NCBI RefSeq assembly: GCF_018350175.1
Contig: NC_058368.1
Location: 180,050,001 to 180,114,000, forward strand
Direction of reading: 5' to 3'
DNA from: Felis catus
Taxonomy: Eukaryota
DNA: 64,000 nucleotides
This document shows, piece by piece, positions 25,139 to 38,968 of this stretch. The notes under the pieces are model-generated. The model was not told the DNA's origin, did no database searches, and saw only the letters and a list, made by a program, of their open reading frames with translations. Numbering within the stretch: position 1 is the first letter of the stretch; every line of letters starts with the position of its first letter. The translations under genes and the position numbers were made by a program.

Positions 25139-27082
25139 AATATCTGAGGTCCTACTATTCGCTAAGCCCTACAGTATGGTCTGGTGATGCAACAGGAAAC
25201 AAACCTAGCCCGAATCCCTGCTCACCACGTGGTAGAACATATCCTGTCAGGACAGAGATGGCCAAATGTCAAAATAAAGAGCTCCAGGTGGAGAGAGGAA
25301 ATAGCATGTGTTTGACTTCTTGGGCTGCTCAGCCCTGCCTCCTGGACTCACTACTCCCCTCTCTGAGCCTCAGTGTTCTTGTCGACAAAAATCACAAAAC
25401 ACCCAGCAAAATACGGCCCCCTGTTTAGAGAATTAGATGAGGTAACAGACCAGAGTCTATCTCATCGCACTGAAGTATGCACCTGTTGTTTCTGTTTCAT
25501 TATTTTCCTTGTCACCATGTTGTCTGTGAGGTTAGGTAACATGCTTCAGATATGCTTGTCACAGGACCTTCTGTAAATATCCCAGCAGGGAAACTTGGGG
25601 TTTTGGTGTCTTGTTCTGGGTTTCATCTTAGATGCCTCAAGTTTGCTAAGTAGTCATAGCAAACAAACAAGAATGAAAGAATAAGCAGCATGGGAGAGGG
25701 TGAGCCATCACTGCCAGCCTGAGGCCAGACCCCTTCAAGTGGCTCCCTCGTGGTTAATTAGCCTCCCTCCAGCAGAGATGCTCCCTGGACCAGTGCCTCC
25801 CCACTGGGCCTGTTCACTCATCCAGCTCCTGCTCCCTCCCTCCCTCCCTCCCTCCATGCCACACTATCCACAAAACACTTCCTGCAGGCAGTGGCCCAGC
25901 ATGGCTTGCCCCTCCCCCCGCCCCACTCCATCAGCCCGCACACATGCCAGAATCCTGCCATCTCCACAGAACCTCGCTGCCCAGCAGAGAAAGCTGGAAG
26001 GTCTCCTTCACAGGCCTGCCCCTGGCCACCACTGTTGAGGCACAGGGCCAGTGTCCAAACGGAATGTGAATGTCCTACATCCTGTCCCTCAGGGCACAGC
26101 AGAAGGGTGAGTGCAGGGTAAGCTCTCTGCAATACCAGCACCCTGCACCTGTCTGAAGTCACTCGTTGCACTTGGAATGAGCCCACCTCCAAGGCTTCAG
26201 TGTGATCCGCCCATCTCCCTTTGCCCCCCAGACTGACCTTCCTGGCCTTCTTTCCCTGCCTCAACAGCCCCAGAGCTCAGAGCCCTCCACAGGCCTCACT
26301 CTTACCAGACAGCACCCCCCTTCCCCTGCTCCTGTCATCCTGAACATCCCTCTCAGCTACATCTTTCTGCACTAAGTCCCTGGGCATTCCGTATCCTAGC
26401 ACCTTGCTCCTTTCCTTCAAAGTGCACATCACAGTTCTTCATTTATGTGGCTTTCTGTGTGTGTCCTCTCCTTCTGACCCCCCGCCTCTTCCCCTCTCCC
26501 TCCCCCTCCACATTAGATTTTTAAATTCCCGAAAGTAGGCATCACTCCTGTCTTCTTCACCAGTATATACACTACCTGGCACACTGCAGTTGCCCAATAA
26601 ATATTTCTGCCTGAATAACTGAATGCATCAGTGAATACGTTTCAGCTCCTCTGCCCGAGGGCATGATCTAAGTGTATGTGGCTGAATTTTAGGCCAGATG
26701 ATCAAACTCCCCGAAGGCAAAAATGCAGTCTGGTTCATCTTTGTATCTACCCTCCCCCCCCCCCCCCCATCTAGCATAGTTCTTGGCACATAATGAGTAT
26801 ACAGCAAGGGATTAAGGACCAAAAGGACATTAATCCAACATGCCACAGCAACCTAAGACCATATGCAGGCCTGCCCGGTATTCTGAGCCCTGAGGATTCC
26901 CAGGGACCAGCCCTGGAAATAAAGTTGCTTGGCCTTATTTACAGTAATAACCATTCCAACTTACCCTCAAAGCTAAGCCTGGTTTGGTCATTGACAAACT
27001 GACTCATATCCTGTTTTAACCCATTTCATCCCATTCAGTCATTTGGCGGTGGGTCTACTGGATGCCAGGCAATGTGCTAGCA

Positions 27083-27245
27083 CCTCATTATTCAAAATGC
27101 AGCCTGCAGACTGGCAGTTCCCACCATCACCCAGGAGCCTGTTAGAAATACAGACTCCGAACTGACACAGACCTACCAGATTAGGATCTGCTTTTTAGCC
27201 AGATCCCAGGTGATGTGTACATATGTTAACGTTTAAGAAGCACTG
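27083..27245 (+). mobile_element. MER5A-like hAT fossil
   Basis: CATCACCCAGGAGCCTGTTAGAAATACAGA...AGATCCCAGGTGAT...GTTTAAGAAGCACTG. Confidence 0.7.
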
Positions 27246-28362
27246 GGCTAGAGATAGAGACTGAGAGTCTGCTGTCTTGGAGTTTAAGGCAAACCCAGCA
27301 CCGGTGGACATCACCGCTGGGAGTTGACCACTCCAAGAGGAAGCTATGGGAGGCTTATGTCAAGAAAGTTTCACCCAGGAGACCAGAGGCAGTGTTGTAA
27401 GCCATCTTAAAGGTTTTGTAATGTTGACCCAAAAGCAATAAGAAGCCCAGGTGAAGGGGTTTCCAGCAAGGATGGGAATAAATAAATTGGCCCATGTCAC
27501 CCCCTAAAGGTAGTGATAACTTTTGTAATTCATGATTAAAACGAGACTTCCTTCTCTTGTTCTCAAGCTCACTCAAGTGTCCAAAGAGGTGGCCTCTTCC
27601 TAGGTGAGCAGGTCAGTGCAGGACCCTGAAGTCCAGACAGGTCTAGGTTCAGCCTTTGCCTGTCCAGGAGGAGTCTCCATCTGTTGGTACGTCCCCAGTC
27701 TGAACCCCTGTACCCTCTCACAGGCAGTCATCCCACTGGGAACCTTAGCACAGTGCTCCAGGAACATACCCCCTTTCCTCAGCTTTCAGAGGCACACTAG
27801 AGAACAAAACAATGAATTAGAGTTCTTAGCACGAATCGTGGCTCAGGAATCCCATGCCCTCCAGTAGCTAAGTAGAGGCCATATGGAACTGTGGTAAGAT
27901 TATAGTCAGAGGGACCTGGGTTTGAGTCCTAGCTCAGCCACTCACTCACTGTGTGACCTTGGGCAAGTGTTTTAACATCTCTGAAATTCTGTTTCCTCAA
28001 TTGTGAATCCAAGAGAATTGTGAGGGCTGGGTACAGAGTGAGTGCTTTATTTAACAAATATTTATTTGACATCTACTGTGTGCCAGCTCTGTACATACTC
28101 TTGGGGGATCCAGCACTGGGCAATTTTAGACAACAGCCCTGCCATCAATGGAGTTTAGCAGCCCAGTGGGAGAAAATGTCATTAGTTGAATAATCACGCA
28201 TATAAATATAAATGACAAACGTAGTATGTGTTTTGATGTAGGGGAGAAAAGAAGCTGAGAGAGTAAAACAGAGGCCCAACCTAGCCCGGGGCAGGTGACT
28301 CTGAGAAATGACAAATTGTGCAGTGTCTCTTGGCCAAGCGTCACTCTGCCCCTCTCTTTCAG

Positions 28363-28431
28363 GTACCTGGAAGGAAACCACTTAACAGCCGTGCCCAGGG
28401 AGCTGTCCGCCCTCCCACACCTGACACTTAT
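28363..28431 (+). CDS. SLIT3: SLIT3 exon (~21), 69 nt, one LRR
   Basis: tcag|G...CTTAT|gtaagg; [22 protein letters not shown](I). Confidence 0.96.
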
Positions 28432-29239
28432 GTAAGGAGCCCGGCATCGGGTGGGACATGTAATTTTCTTGCCTGGGGGAGCTCAGGAAACTGACATGGA
28501 GGGACAGGGAGGATGATCTGCAGGCTTCGCCACGTTCCTGCACTTTCTCCCTGGGTGGAGCAGAGAGAGGCAGCTGGGAGGAGTGAGCCGGCCTGATGGG
28601 CCAGGTCTTACCAGTGAGAGCTACACACAGAAATACCCAGAGCCTGGCATCACTGACTGTCCATCCACATCAACTTCCTCCTTGGATAGAGAGAGGTGGG
28701 ACAGCCTCTGACTTTCTGGTGCCCCAGTGAAACCCCAAGCCTCCTCAGTCTCCAATTTCTTGCAAGCTGTGGCTGCACTGAGGTTTGCCAAAAGCTTAAA
28801 GGGGCGTTTTTTTCTTCCTCCTCTAGTTGCCCAGAAAATGTTCCAGGTAGATGGTTGAAATTGAGGTTCCTTTGGGTGGTAACTGCCACTGGCTGCAAGT
28901 CTGCCAAGATCCAGGAAAACTCCCGAATGAGGAAATGTGGGGCATGAATGAGGCCCAGGAAACCGGGTGGTCTGTAAGCTTTGTCCCTTGACCGCCTCGC
29001 TGCCTTGCCAAAGTGGGACCCGTGAGAGTACAAAGTAATTCCTTGGGCGAGTGGCCATTGGAAGATCACCCTGGCTGATTAGGGGGCGGGGAGCTGGTCC
29101 ACAGGGGGGAATTGAGAGTTCTTTCACAACAAAACACTGTTGCCCTTGGAAAAATGGGGCTGCTGAAGAAAGGTAGAGGAAAGCCACCTGTCACCTCATT
29201 CAGCCTTGCTTCCTAAATATCCCCCAAACCAGCCTCTGG

Positions 29240-29455
29240 ATGAGATCTCTCAGCTTCAGCCCTGTGGGCATTTAGAGCCACATCATTCTTGGTTGTGGGG
29301 CTGTGGTGGGCATTGTGGGATATTTTGCAGCAACCCGGGGCCCCTACTCACTAGACACCAGCAGCACCCCTCCGCCAGTAGGAACAACCAAAAATGTCTC
29401 CAGACATTGCCACATGTCACTGGGGAAGCAAAAGTGCCCCGAGCTGGGAACCCCT
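29240..29455 (+). mobile_element. MER20 hAT fossil, followed by a MER5-like fragment to ~29655
   Basis: ACAACCAAAAATGTCTCCAGACATTGCCACATGTC signature. Confidence 0.8.
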
Positions 29456-29889
29456 TCTCTAGAGCAATGGCTCTGAACCTCAGCTGATTAGTTTGGTTTT
29501 TTGTTGTTGTTTTTTTTAATACTGATGCTCAAAACCACCCTCAAGCAATTAAATCAGAATACCTGATTTACAAGCCAGAATGGAACCCAGGCCTCAGAGG
29601 CTGTAAACATTCTGCAGGTGATTCTGATGTGCAGCTACTATTGAAAACCACTGCTTAGGATATTTATCCCTGAAGAGAATCTGGAGGTTGTAATTGGGAG
29701 AAGACTATACCCCTACCAATCTCATTCCCCCTAAGAGAGAATCTGATAATATGGAATGAATGAATGCCAGAAGAGAGGGAGGAACAGTGAAAGGAAGGAT
29801 TGACCTGGGAGGAAATGGCACTGGCATAAGGAGAGATCTTATGTGTTATGTTTTGCTGGAAGAATGAAATGGACAGATAAACTTGTAAT

Positions 29890-30066
29890 TGAATGGTTGA
29901 ATGGGTGGATGGATGGATGGATGGATGGATGACCAACAAATGCTTGAATGAGTGATTGAAGAAATCTTGAATGAAAAAATGAAAATTTGGATGAATGGGT
30001 GGGTAGGTGAGTAGATTGGTGAGTGGATGGATGGATGGATGGTTGGATGGGTAGATAGATAGATAG
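29890..30066 (+). repeat. Degenerate (GGAT/GAAT)n tract just upstream of exon ~22
   Basis: Read directly from the sequence. Confidence 0.9.
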
Positions 30067-30127
30067 CATGCACAAATGTATGAAAGTTGCCACTAACAGT
30101 AAAGTGTTACTCTTCTATTTGTCCTAG

Positions 30128-30199
30128 TGACCTGAGCAACAACAGCATTGGTGTGCTGACCAATTACACCTTCAGTAACATGTCTCACCTGTCCACCCT
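30128..30199 (+). CDS. SLIT3: SLIT3 exon (~22), 72 nt, one LRR
   Basis: ctag|T...ACCCT|gtgagt; [23 protein letters not shown](L). Confidence 0.96.
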
Positions 30200-30821
30200 G
30201 TGAGTACAATGGGGCACTGTGTTCAATATGGGCCTGGCAGTCAGTGGCCTGGGGCCATCCTTTCTCCCTGTCCCCTCATGCGTATGCTCTCTGCTCTAGT
30301 GATCCTCTGGGCTATGGCTGCCCCCATGTAGAGCAGACCTTAACCAGCAGAAGAAAAGTAAAGTAGGTCAGAACTCTACTGTCTGGGCAGTTAGAGAGGA
30401 ACTAACACCTAATTACTTCTGAAGAAGGCCCTCTTTAGCTTACCTTCTGTGATTTGTGAATTTTCTTTCCCAGTGGAGGGTTTCCCTACACAATTATATT
30501 TTGCTCAGATCCATTTATTTCCTATTAGCTTTGCACATTGTGAGCACTGACCATTTGACAACAGAGGGAGGTGATGGCAAAGCTGGTTAGGAAGCCAGCC
30601 TGCTGTGGAAGATGAGAGGAAGCTGGGAAAACGAAGCCAGAAGCCAGTGAATGTCCTAGAGTGGGGGAGGGTGTTCCCCTTCCCTTTATTGTTGGGAGGC
30701 TTTTTGTCAAAATATTAAAATTGGGAAGATAAAGAAATCATTTGCTTTGAGTGGTCCACAGTGTGGACCATACGCCCGTATGTATGTGAGAATAGGAATG
30801 GCCGTGTGTCTTTGTCCACAG

Positions 30822-30893
30822 GATCCTGAGCTACAACCGGCTGCGGTGCATCCCCATCCACGCCTTCAACGGGCTGCGGTCTCTCCGAGTGCT
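30822..30893 (+). CDS. SLIT3: SLIT3 exon (~23), 72 nt, one LRR
   Basis: acag|G...GTGCT|gtgagt; [23 protein letters not shown](L). Confidence 0.96.
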
Positions 30894-31398
30894 GTGAGTA
30901 CCCAGAGCCCTGAGTTCAGCTTCTGCTTCACCATGTAACAGCAGGCGATACTCAGCACAGTTCCCACACACACACTTCCCCAACCCGGCACTCCTACTGG
31001 CTCAGTGGGGTGGGGCGGAGGGGGGAGGGCAGAGAGCCAGCTGCTACCATTTGTGGACCTGGATCAAATCACAGACCAGTCTGAGTTTCTACTTCTTTCT
31101 GTGCCCAGTGAGATCACTAGCACCTCCCTCGTGAGGATTAGCATATGCAACTGTATTCTGCACCCTAGTAGAGCACAGTGTGTGGATTATGGCCACTATC
31201 TTGATGATCATTCCACTGTTGGTCCCTCTGACTTTAGAACGGCAGGGTAAACACTGTGAAACTCTGCAAGGAAACCAAACGCATCTATCAGAGGTCACAA
31301 ACTAGAAGCCCAGAGACCTGGCTCAGCTCACAGACAGCTATTAGTTAGCAATTGTAGAGTTAGTTGGCTCATAGAGTATCTTTTCAATCAAGCAGTTT

Positions 31399-31604
31399 GG
31401 GGGCACCTGGTGGCTCTGTGAGTTGAGCATCCGTCTCTTGATTTCAGGTCAGGTTGTGATCCCGGGGTTGTGGATCAAGCTCTGCATAGAGCCCCGCACT
31501 GGGTTCTGTGCTAAGCTTGAGGCCTGCTTGAGATTCTCTCTCTCTATCCCTGTGCTTCTCTCTGCCACTCCTGCTGTCTCTCTAAAATTAAAAAAAAAAA
31601 AAAA
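31399..31604 (+). mobile_element. Can-SINE inserted in a MER102-like element (~31289-31810)
   Basis: SINE head, CT-rich body and A tail; flanks GAGGTCACAAACT... and AGTTGCCAACAGTTAAATATCAGGAGG continue a MER102-like sequence. Confidence 0.88.
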
Positions 31605-33914
31605 GTGTTAATAAGTTGCCAACAGTTAAATATCAGGAGGCTTCTCATACAAAATCCTAATTTCTATTCTCTCTTAGAAAATGGAGAGACCTGGTCATTC
31701 CAGGGCTCCCATCTACATTCTTGCATGGCTGAGCAGCCCTGCCCTTTTAGACCAGACTGTATAGTCTGCAGCCTCCACAACTGCCTCCCCATCACCTTAT
31801 GACACCTGCCTCACCCTGTCCTACACAAGGTAGAGGACAGCCCACTGAGGCAGATGAGCCCCAGCAAAGGCACGATGACCATGAAGTCTACCTGCTTTTC
31901 AATCATGGCTCTGCCCCTCCCTAGCTGTGTGTCTTCAATAAAATCCAGATGGTAATTACCTCACAGGGTCTTATAATGATTAAATGAGATGCTGTATATA
32001 AAGCATTTAGCGTAGCTCTGGCCCACAGTAAGCACGTTATAAATATTTGTTATTACTGTTATTTGTTATTACCTTGCAAGAGCAGGAATGGCACCTCACT
32101 GCCACCCCCAACCCTTAGTCCTGTTGTCGCCTGATTTTTGTGCCTTCTCATCTTGCACATTTTGTCGGGAAAGGAGGATTCTCTGAATGATATTGCCATG
32201 AGAACAGAAATGCCACTTTTTGTGGCCGTTGCCTCATATAACCCTTTGCAACAGTGCTGTAAGACTGAGGGGATTGGGCCCATTTTAAAGATGGGAAAAC
32301 TGAGGCCCAGGTTGTAACTGGCCCAAAATCCAGCAGTCAGGAGCTTGCAGAATCCAGCCTCCTGACTCAGAGCCCTTGACCCTTCTCAGGACCCAGTAGC
32401 AACCAGCAAACAGCACCCAATGAGCCTGTCCATTTCAGAGCCTCCAGGCTGATGTGATTTATCGAAGCCCACAAAACACTGGTGTCAGCGACAACTCCCG
32501 CCACATGTCATCTGCGCTGTTATTAAAAATCAATTCTCTGGAGGCAAAGAAGTACCCGCGCTGACAGTGTGCAATCTGTTATTGTCACTTATTTATTATC
32601 CACCTTCTCTGGGGAGTTTGAGAATGGAAACATCAGCAGAACCATTTCCCTGTTTCCAGTTGAACACAACGGGAGATGGGCTTGTTTCATTGGCCGGGGC
32701 TGAGGCTGGACCTGCTCCCCCCTCCCACTTCCCACCATCCTCCCTTAGTCCCACCTTGTCTCCCATCCTGGTCTTCTGGTTCTATGCATGGGTTTGCTCC
32801 CAGGGGCTGGGCCTGACAATTTTCGTGGGACCCATGTGTATATATTTGTAGTTAGAGAGGTTCTGGCAGGGCAGCTCAGCACGGGAAAGGGAGGACAGTG
32901 GAGAATGCTCGCCTGTCCATTTGTCTGGTCTCCCATGGTGTTGGCATGAACACCACCAGGTTTTCTGCTTCCTAGGCACCTTGTCCGCCGTGTTCCAGAT
33001 CACTGTCATTAGTCCACCAGGAGCACACCTCAACATACCATGTGCTTGTGCTTGCTTCTTGAATTAAGAATTAGTAGGCTTTTAGCATCATCATTTTAGA
33101 ATCATGGGCTCTTGGAGATAAAAAAGGGTCTTAGAGGCCCTCATTCCAACCACCTACCTCAGTGGGGAGCAACTATTTTCTGCATAAAGGCCAATTCAGG
33201 AAAAATAAAAATGTTTATGGAGTACGTTTCTTTTATGATATTTGTATCCTTTCTCCCAGTAATTGCACATCTAGGAATTTATGCCTAAGAATAATCCGAT
33301 ATGAGGGAAAGATTCTCTGTGCTAAAATATTGGTTGCTCTGTTATTTTTAACCTCCATTTTAAATATTACCTACAAGTGCCACAGTGGGGAAATGCTTAA
33401 GGAAAGCATAATGCAGCCAGTCAGTGAAAGGCAATTATTAAAAGAGGTAAAGACGAAAACTAGGTAGCAGTGTGGGGAAGTGTTGACCACACGGCCTTAT
33501 GTGGAAAAGTAAACCTAATTTTTTACGTTATAATTATAACTTGCATACATTTATAATTATGAAGTTCTAAAGGAACATAGGAAACTTTTAAAAAAATCAT
33601 TGATAGCTAACTGCTAATGTGAAGTTATTTATGTAATAAAAGAAGGCAAAGTTAAAGATGACAATATAGTAGGATAGTCACAATTTAGAGGGTTAGGGGG
33701 GAAAGGTAGGTTTTTTTGAATCAGTATCTACAACTGCGTTTGAGCATTCGTGTATTCTTTTCTCAGTTCTAAAGGGTTTCATTATTTTAGTGAAAATTTC
33801 AGAAATGACCAGAGGTCAGGGATGCAGGCAGTTTGGGATGGGGGAAGAGAATGAGTATCAGGTTTAGCCATAGACAAAGGCCAAAAAGTATTCTAGAAAG
33901 ACCTGACATTTAAT

Positions 33915-33962
33915 AGTGAGTGAGTGAGTGAGTGAGTGAGTGAGTGAGTGAGTGAGTGAGTG
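33915..33962 (+). repeat. (AGTG)12 tetranucleotide microsatellite
   Basis: Counted directly. Confidence 0.96.
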
Positions 33963-36900
33963 TGTGTTGGTGAGTAGATATGTATGAATACATTTCTGAG
34001 ACAGAAGGATTATCAGGGACCCCTGAGTACAAAACATTGGGTGAAAGTATGTGAGATTTACCAGTTTGCTCTTAATCGAAAAAGAGCTAGAAGGGAACAT
34101 TCTCATGGACATTCTAGTTCTTCTTTTCAGGGATCTGTGTGTTCCCTGATCGTTGCCCCACACCGAGCCACATGCCTTGTGCGTGTGTGGTCCCAATTGT
34201 CACTCCCCAGCCCCAGCCACAGGAGGGCCACCTGGAATCAGTTAGCTGTGGGAGGGCTATTTCAGTGTGTGCTCAAGAGATGTGGGGTGGGATTATCATT
34301 CATCATCCTCAGTATTTTTAACCCCTCATCCCTGAAGTAAGATTGTGCTTACTATTTATGTATATGGGGCTGTTCATCTCTCTCTGCTCTACCGATTGCA
34401 TGGATCCTCCCTACAGCATCCCTACAAAGGGCTTCATTGCCCTTTGCTTGATTATGTTTAGATACCATGAGCCTGCTCCCTTCCCAGATAATCCCACTCC
34501 ATTTTTGACCAGCCGTTGAACATTAGACAATTCTGGTGAGCCAAAAGGTGATTCCTTGGGGACTTAAACCCTGGTCCCGGTTTGGCCCTTTGGTGCTACC
34601 AAAAAAATAGAATTAATTGTGAATTTTAGAAATGGGAAGTGAGTGTTAGAAATTATCCTATCCAAACCTTACATTTATAAGGTAAGGAGACACACTCAAA
34701 AAGGTTTAGTGACTTGCCCACAATCATTCACTTATTTTCTAAATGCCAATTGTGGGTTCAATGCTAAACACTAGACAGGAAAATAATGAAACAAGTTCTT
34801 GTCCTCAGAGAGCTCACAGTCTAGAAGAGGAAACAGACAAGTATATAAGCCACTGCCACACATGGCCATACCTGTGGGAGAGCCATGGGACCCAGCGTGG
34901 GCCCTCAAAAAGGCTTTCTGAGACAAAGATGGTAATCACCACTGACATATATTAAACCTTGACCATGTACGACATACTGGGCTACATACTTTAGTTACAT
35001 TATCATATCATATCCACTTTTCATATCAACCCTAGGAAGAACGTACCACTATTAGCCCTATTCCCCAGATGTGGAAACAGAGGCTCAGCAAGGTTGAGTC
35101 ACTTTGCCAAAGGGATGTAACCACTACAGAGTAAAGTTGGGATTTGAACCCAAGACTGTTGGCTCTTAGAATCACTGCCCTGAGCTTGTACTCCCAAGGC
35201 TGAGTCTGCGCAGCCAGGGGGAGTTACCTGTGTGATGGGAGTGGAGAATATTCTAGGCAGAGAGAATATAAATTCCCTAGACAGAGTCCCTGAAGTCAGG
35301 AAGGGCATGTGCACAGGGACCTCAAGGAGCTACAGGTGTGGATGGATGTGGCTTCTGGGAATGGGAGCAGGAAGCTGTGCTGCAGACATGCCACAAGGTG
35401 GGAGCAGACGCAGGGCTGGACCCTGGTTTCCAGCTCCTAGCCCAGTGCTCTTTCCACCACATTCCATCCTTCCCACCAGAGATTCTCTCTTTTTGTTGCC
35501 ACCCATTTCAGACTTTTCTTGAGGATTAGAAGGATGTGGCCCAGAGATGCCTCTGATGAGAATTAAGGAATGTGGTGGAAAGACACCTGAACAGGAAGGT
35601 GACAGGCACGGGGTCACTCTGCCGAAACCCAGTGTTCGTTTTCTCCAGTCCTGGAGTCTGTCACAGGACATACACGCTGCATAGCTTCAGGCTTCCCCTC
35701 TGTGTGTGGGGAAGGCTTTGAGAGGACTAGCCCCAAAACACATCCCAGAACCTAGAGGGGAAGGAGTCATGGTGACCTTAGCCATGGCCGCAGCTCACAT
35801 GAAGGAGTGTGCATCAAGTACAGGCCCTGCATGTAGCCCTGCGCCATCTGAACCACTTGCATTGTGTCTTTTAAGCTTCACAACTAGCTTATGAAGCGGT
35901 ACGTTAGATCCCTTCCTGGCTGAAGGATAGGAAAATCAGCTCAAACCACATTAGGCATGAAGAGAATTTATCAAAGCATATTACTGAAAACTTCAGTAGT
36001 AGATATTACATTCTAGGGCTGGGTGCAGGGACTTCCAGTGGTGTCAGAAATGTGCCTCTTTCTGCTTCTCAAAACTGCCTCTGTCCTAATAGTTCCAGAG
36101 AAAGTCCCAGAAATATCTCACTGGCCCACTTAGGTCACCTGCTCAGCCTCAAACCAATCTCAGTGACTGATTGGGCTGACCTGGGCCATGGTTCTGCCCC
36201 TGAGACCAAACCAGTTGGACTGAGGGGAGGGAGCGGTGAGTCCCCCTTGAAAAAGGGACTTTTTTCTGTTACAGAAGAGAGATTGGTGCCAATTAATCCA
36301 CATTCCTAAAAAGATATCTACTGCAAGTGGATCCTGAGAACTCCCATTTTAGAGATGAGAAAACTAAGGTACAGAAAGATTGAGTCTGTTGAATCAGATA
36401 ATCACACAGCCGGCAATGACTCACACCCAGGAGGTCTGATCCAGGATCATTTAACCCTTAGGAGTGACCTAGCCTGCTGAAAAGAGACTTCACCCACCCC
36501 AGCCCACATCTGGGATGAGGATCTTCCCTGCCATCTATCATACACACTGGAACGCCTGTGCAATATACACATTCTGTGAGCACCTGGGGATCCACAGACC
36601 CAAGGTTCAGGCAACCCAGAATTAACATGAGATGGTTCTGCCTTCATGTTGCTCTAAATGATGCCCTCATCCTCATCCCAACATTCCCAAGTTTGCTTTA
36701 ACACCTATTAAGAGTCAGCAGGGAAAAGGAGTCCCAGGCGCTTGAAGATGGGTCATTCTGAGTTGGAAATTGCTTGCCGTCACCAGCCCCATGAGGTGTA
36801 AGGGGAAAGGGGAGGAAAAGCAGCGGTGGGGGAGGGAGGAGGGAGTGCTTCCTGGGAGGGAACCTTTGTCCCACTTCCCTGGCATCCTTTAGGATGGTGG

Positions 36901-37429
36901 TTGGACACGCAAGAGTCTTTCTTTGGGGGCAAACCAGGAGAGAGAACCTGCAGTGTAGGCAGATTTCTTTTCGCGTTGTCCCAGTAAATTACAGCCCCAG
37001 TTACTCTGCAGTTTATGGAGATCTCAGCGGCTCAGCTCGTAATAAATGGGAGCGTGACTTACAGGAGTCACAGCGCCAAAGCTGCCTTTGGGTCATTTGG
37101 TGTTTTTAAATTAGGGCTTCGTGCCTCTCCAGGGGCCCAGGCCTCATTCAGAAATGATTAACAACAGGGCTGGGTGCATTTGCCAAACAGCAAGCAGCCA
37201 TGAAGTCATCCAAGCTAATAGCAGGCAGGAGCCGGTGTGATTCATAAATAACCACATGCATTCGAGACTAAATGATACTGATAAGTGTTAGGAAGTACTT
37301 CTAGCTCCTTCTTACGCAGGCCGGTGAGAAGCTACCTCCAACACTCTCTAGAGGACTGGTTACCTTCTTCCTGCTGTCCTGGGGAGCGAGAAGGGCAAGG
37401 AGCTTGAGGTGATGAGGATGACAGCCTGG

Positions 37430-37555
37430 GGCAGCTAAATGTGGTCCGGAGGACCAAGAGCATCAGCATCACCTGGGAGCTGGTCAGAAATGCAGCGTCT
37501 CAGGCCCCACCCCAGACCCACTGAACCAGGGCCCCTGAGAATGGGTGTCAGAAAT
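37430..37555 (+). mobile_element. MER5A-like fragment
   Basis: GCATCAGCATCACCTGGGAGCTGGTCAGAAATGCAG...CAGGCCCCACCCCAGACC. Confidence 0.8.
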
Positions 37556-38409
37556 CCACCCATGTGTTGGCTCCGGCACTCAGTCTGTATTACATGTAAT
37601 TAAGTTCCTGTCTGTATTTCAGCTCAAAACCCAGGGCAGGCTAACATCAGCCAAAAGGAAAACAAAAGGACAGATTCATTAGTTATTATCCTGTTTACAC
37701 TTCCCCAGTCAACTCTAATCACCCCTTTGTTTTACTAGGGTTCCTTCACAGCACAGGGGACAGTGAGCAGTAGTCACTAAAGAAGGCTTTGAGTGTCTAT
37801 GAATTTCACCTACCTTGCATTTCACAGCTCAGACCCAAAGTGAGTCATCGGTGTGGGGATATTTTTGTATGCAGTTGAGGCTTAATCCTTCAAAGGAGGG
37901 TATAATCCATGAATTGAGGATTTACTAGCATTGTTACTTGAGCACCGGAACAATGTTCATTTGGTATTTTTCTCGTGGACCTATTCTCCAGGCATTTATT
38001 GGAAGGACAGTATATGCCACCACTTTGCAAGTGAGAATAGCTCCCGGCCCCTATACCACAGGGTGGAGAGAGGTATAATTAATACCAAGTAGATTGCCTG
38101 GCCCCTTGGACACGCAGTCAGAAAATGCACTCAGATGCACACAGTGCCAGATACATACGTGTGTGGCCCAAACCCTTCCCCATAAAGATGAGAGTCCAGC
38201 CCCAGGCAGTCTCCCCAGGACCTGAGTGCTCTCCCCGTCTATCACCTAAGCTGGGATTGATAACATTTCTCAATCTTCCCAGAATCTCTCTAGGTGAATA
38301 TGAAGGGAACTAATTTATTGATCTGGCTGGGCCAGACATTCTTTGAGACCCTTTCACAAATATTGATAATGGTTGGTCATTCAGCGCGTAGAAAATGCCA
38401 GACTTTATA

Positions 38410-38590
38410 TGGATTAATGCACCCACAACCACCTTCCATGACAAATCTTTTTACTTTTATTCCCGTTTTATAATAGGAAACTGAGGGCACAGACAGGTAA
38501 ATAACTTTGGCCACAGTCACACAGCTTGTAAGTGGCAGAGTCAGGATTTGAACGCAAGCAGCCTGGTTCTAAGACAGTCTCAGCCAGTTC
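38410..38590 (-). mobile_element. MIR SINE
   Basis: GGAAACTGAGGGCACAGACAGGTAAATAACTTTGGCCACAGTCACACAGCTTGTAAGTGGCAGAG. Confidence 0.8.
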
Positions 38591-38968
38591 TTCACATTCT
38601 CTCTCGGATGCCTCTGTTGGGTATCTCTCTCCATGCTTCAGGTGCAAAAACGGAGGCTCGGAAGAGTAAAGTTAACTTACCTAATGTTCCACAGTTAACA
38701 GGGGCTGGTTTCTGATTCCATCCCAGGCCTGTCAGATTCAAAAACCCATCCTCTTCTTTCCCACACCCTCTTCCCCCAACATCCCCACTGCTGAGCTGGG
38801 CATGGAAACATTCACACACCTGCCGAGAAGGAGGACACACCCCCCACTGTGAGCTTTGGGGCTCTGAGCACAGCTGAAAGGCATCTGGGCCAGCCTGGGA
38901 CCCCAAGAATGTACTGAATTCAGAACTGTTACTGGGGGGTTAACCTCTGACCTGTGTTTCTGCTTCAG

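Noticed and set aside
16858..28431. Apparent residue differences from human SLIT3 (CSDRGL, SALPHL) as damaging changes
   Set aside because: The human sequence is recalled from memory only; both residues are common at these LRR positions and the cysteines and core leucines are intact.
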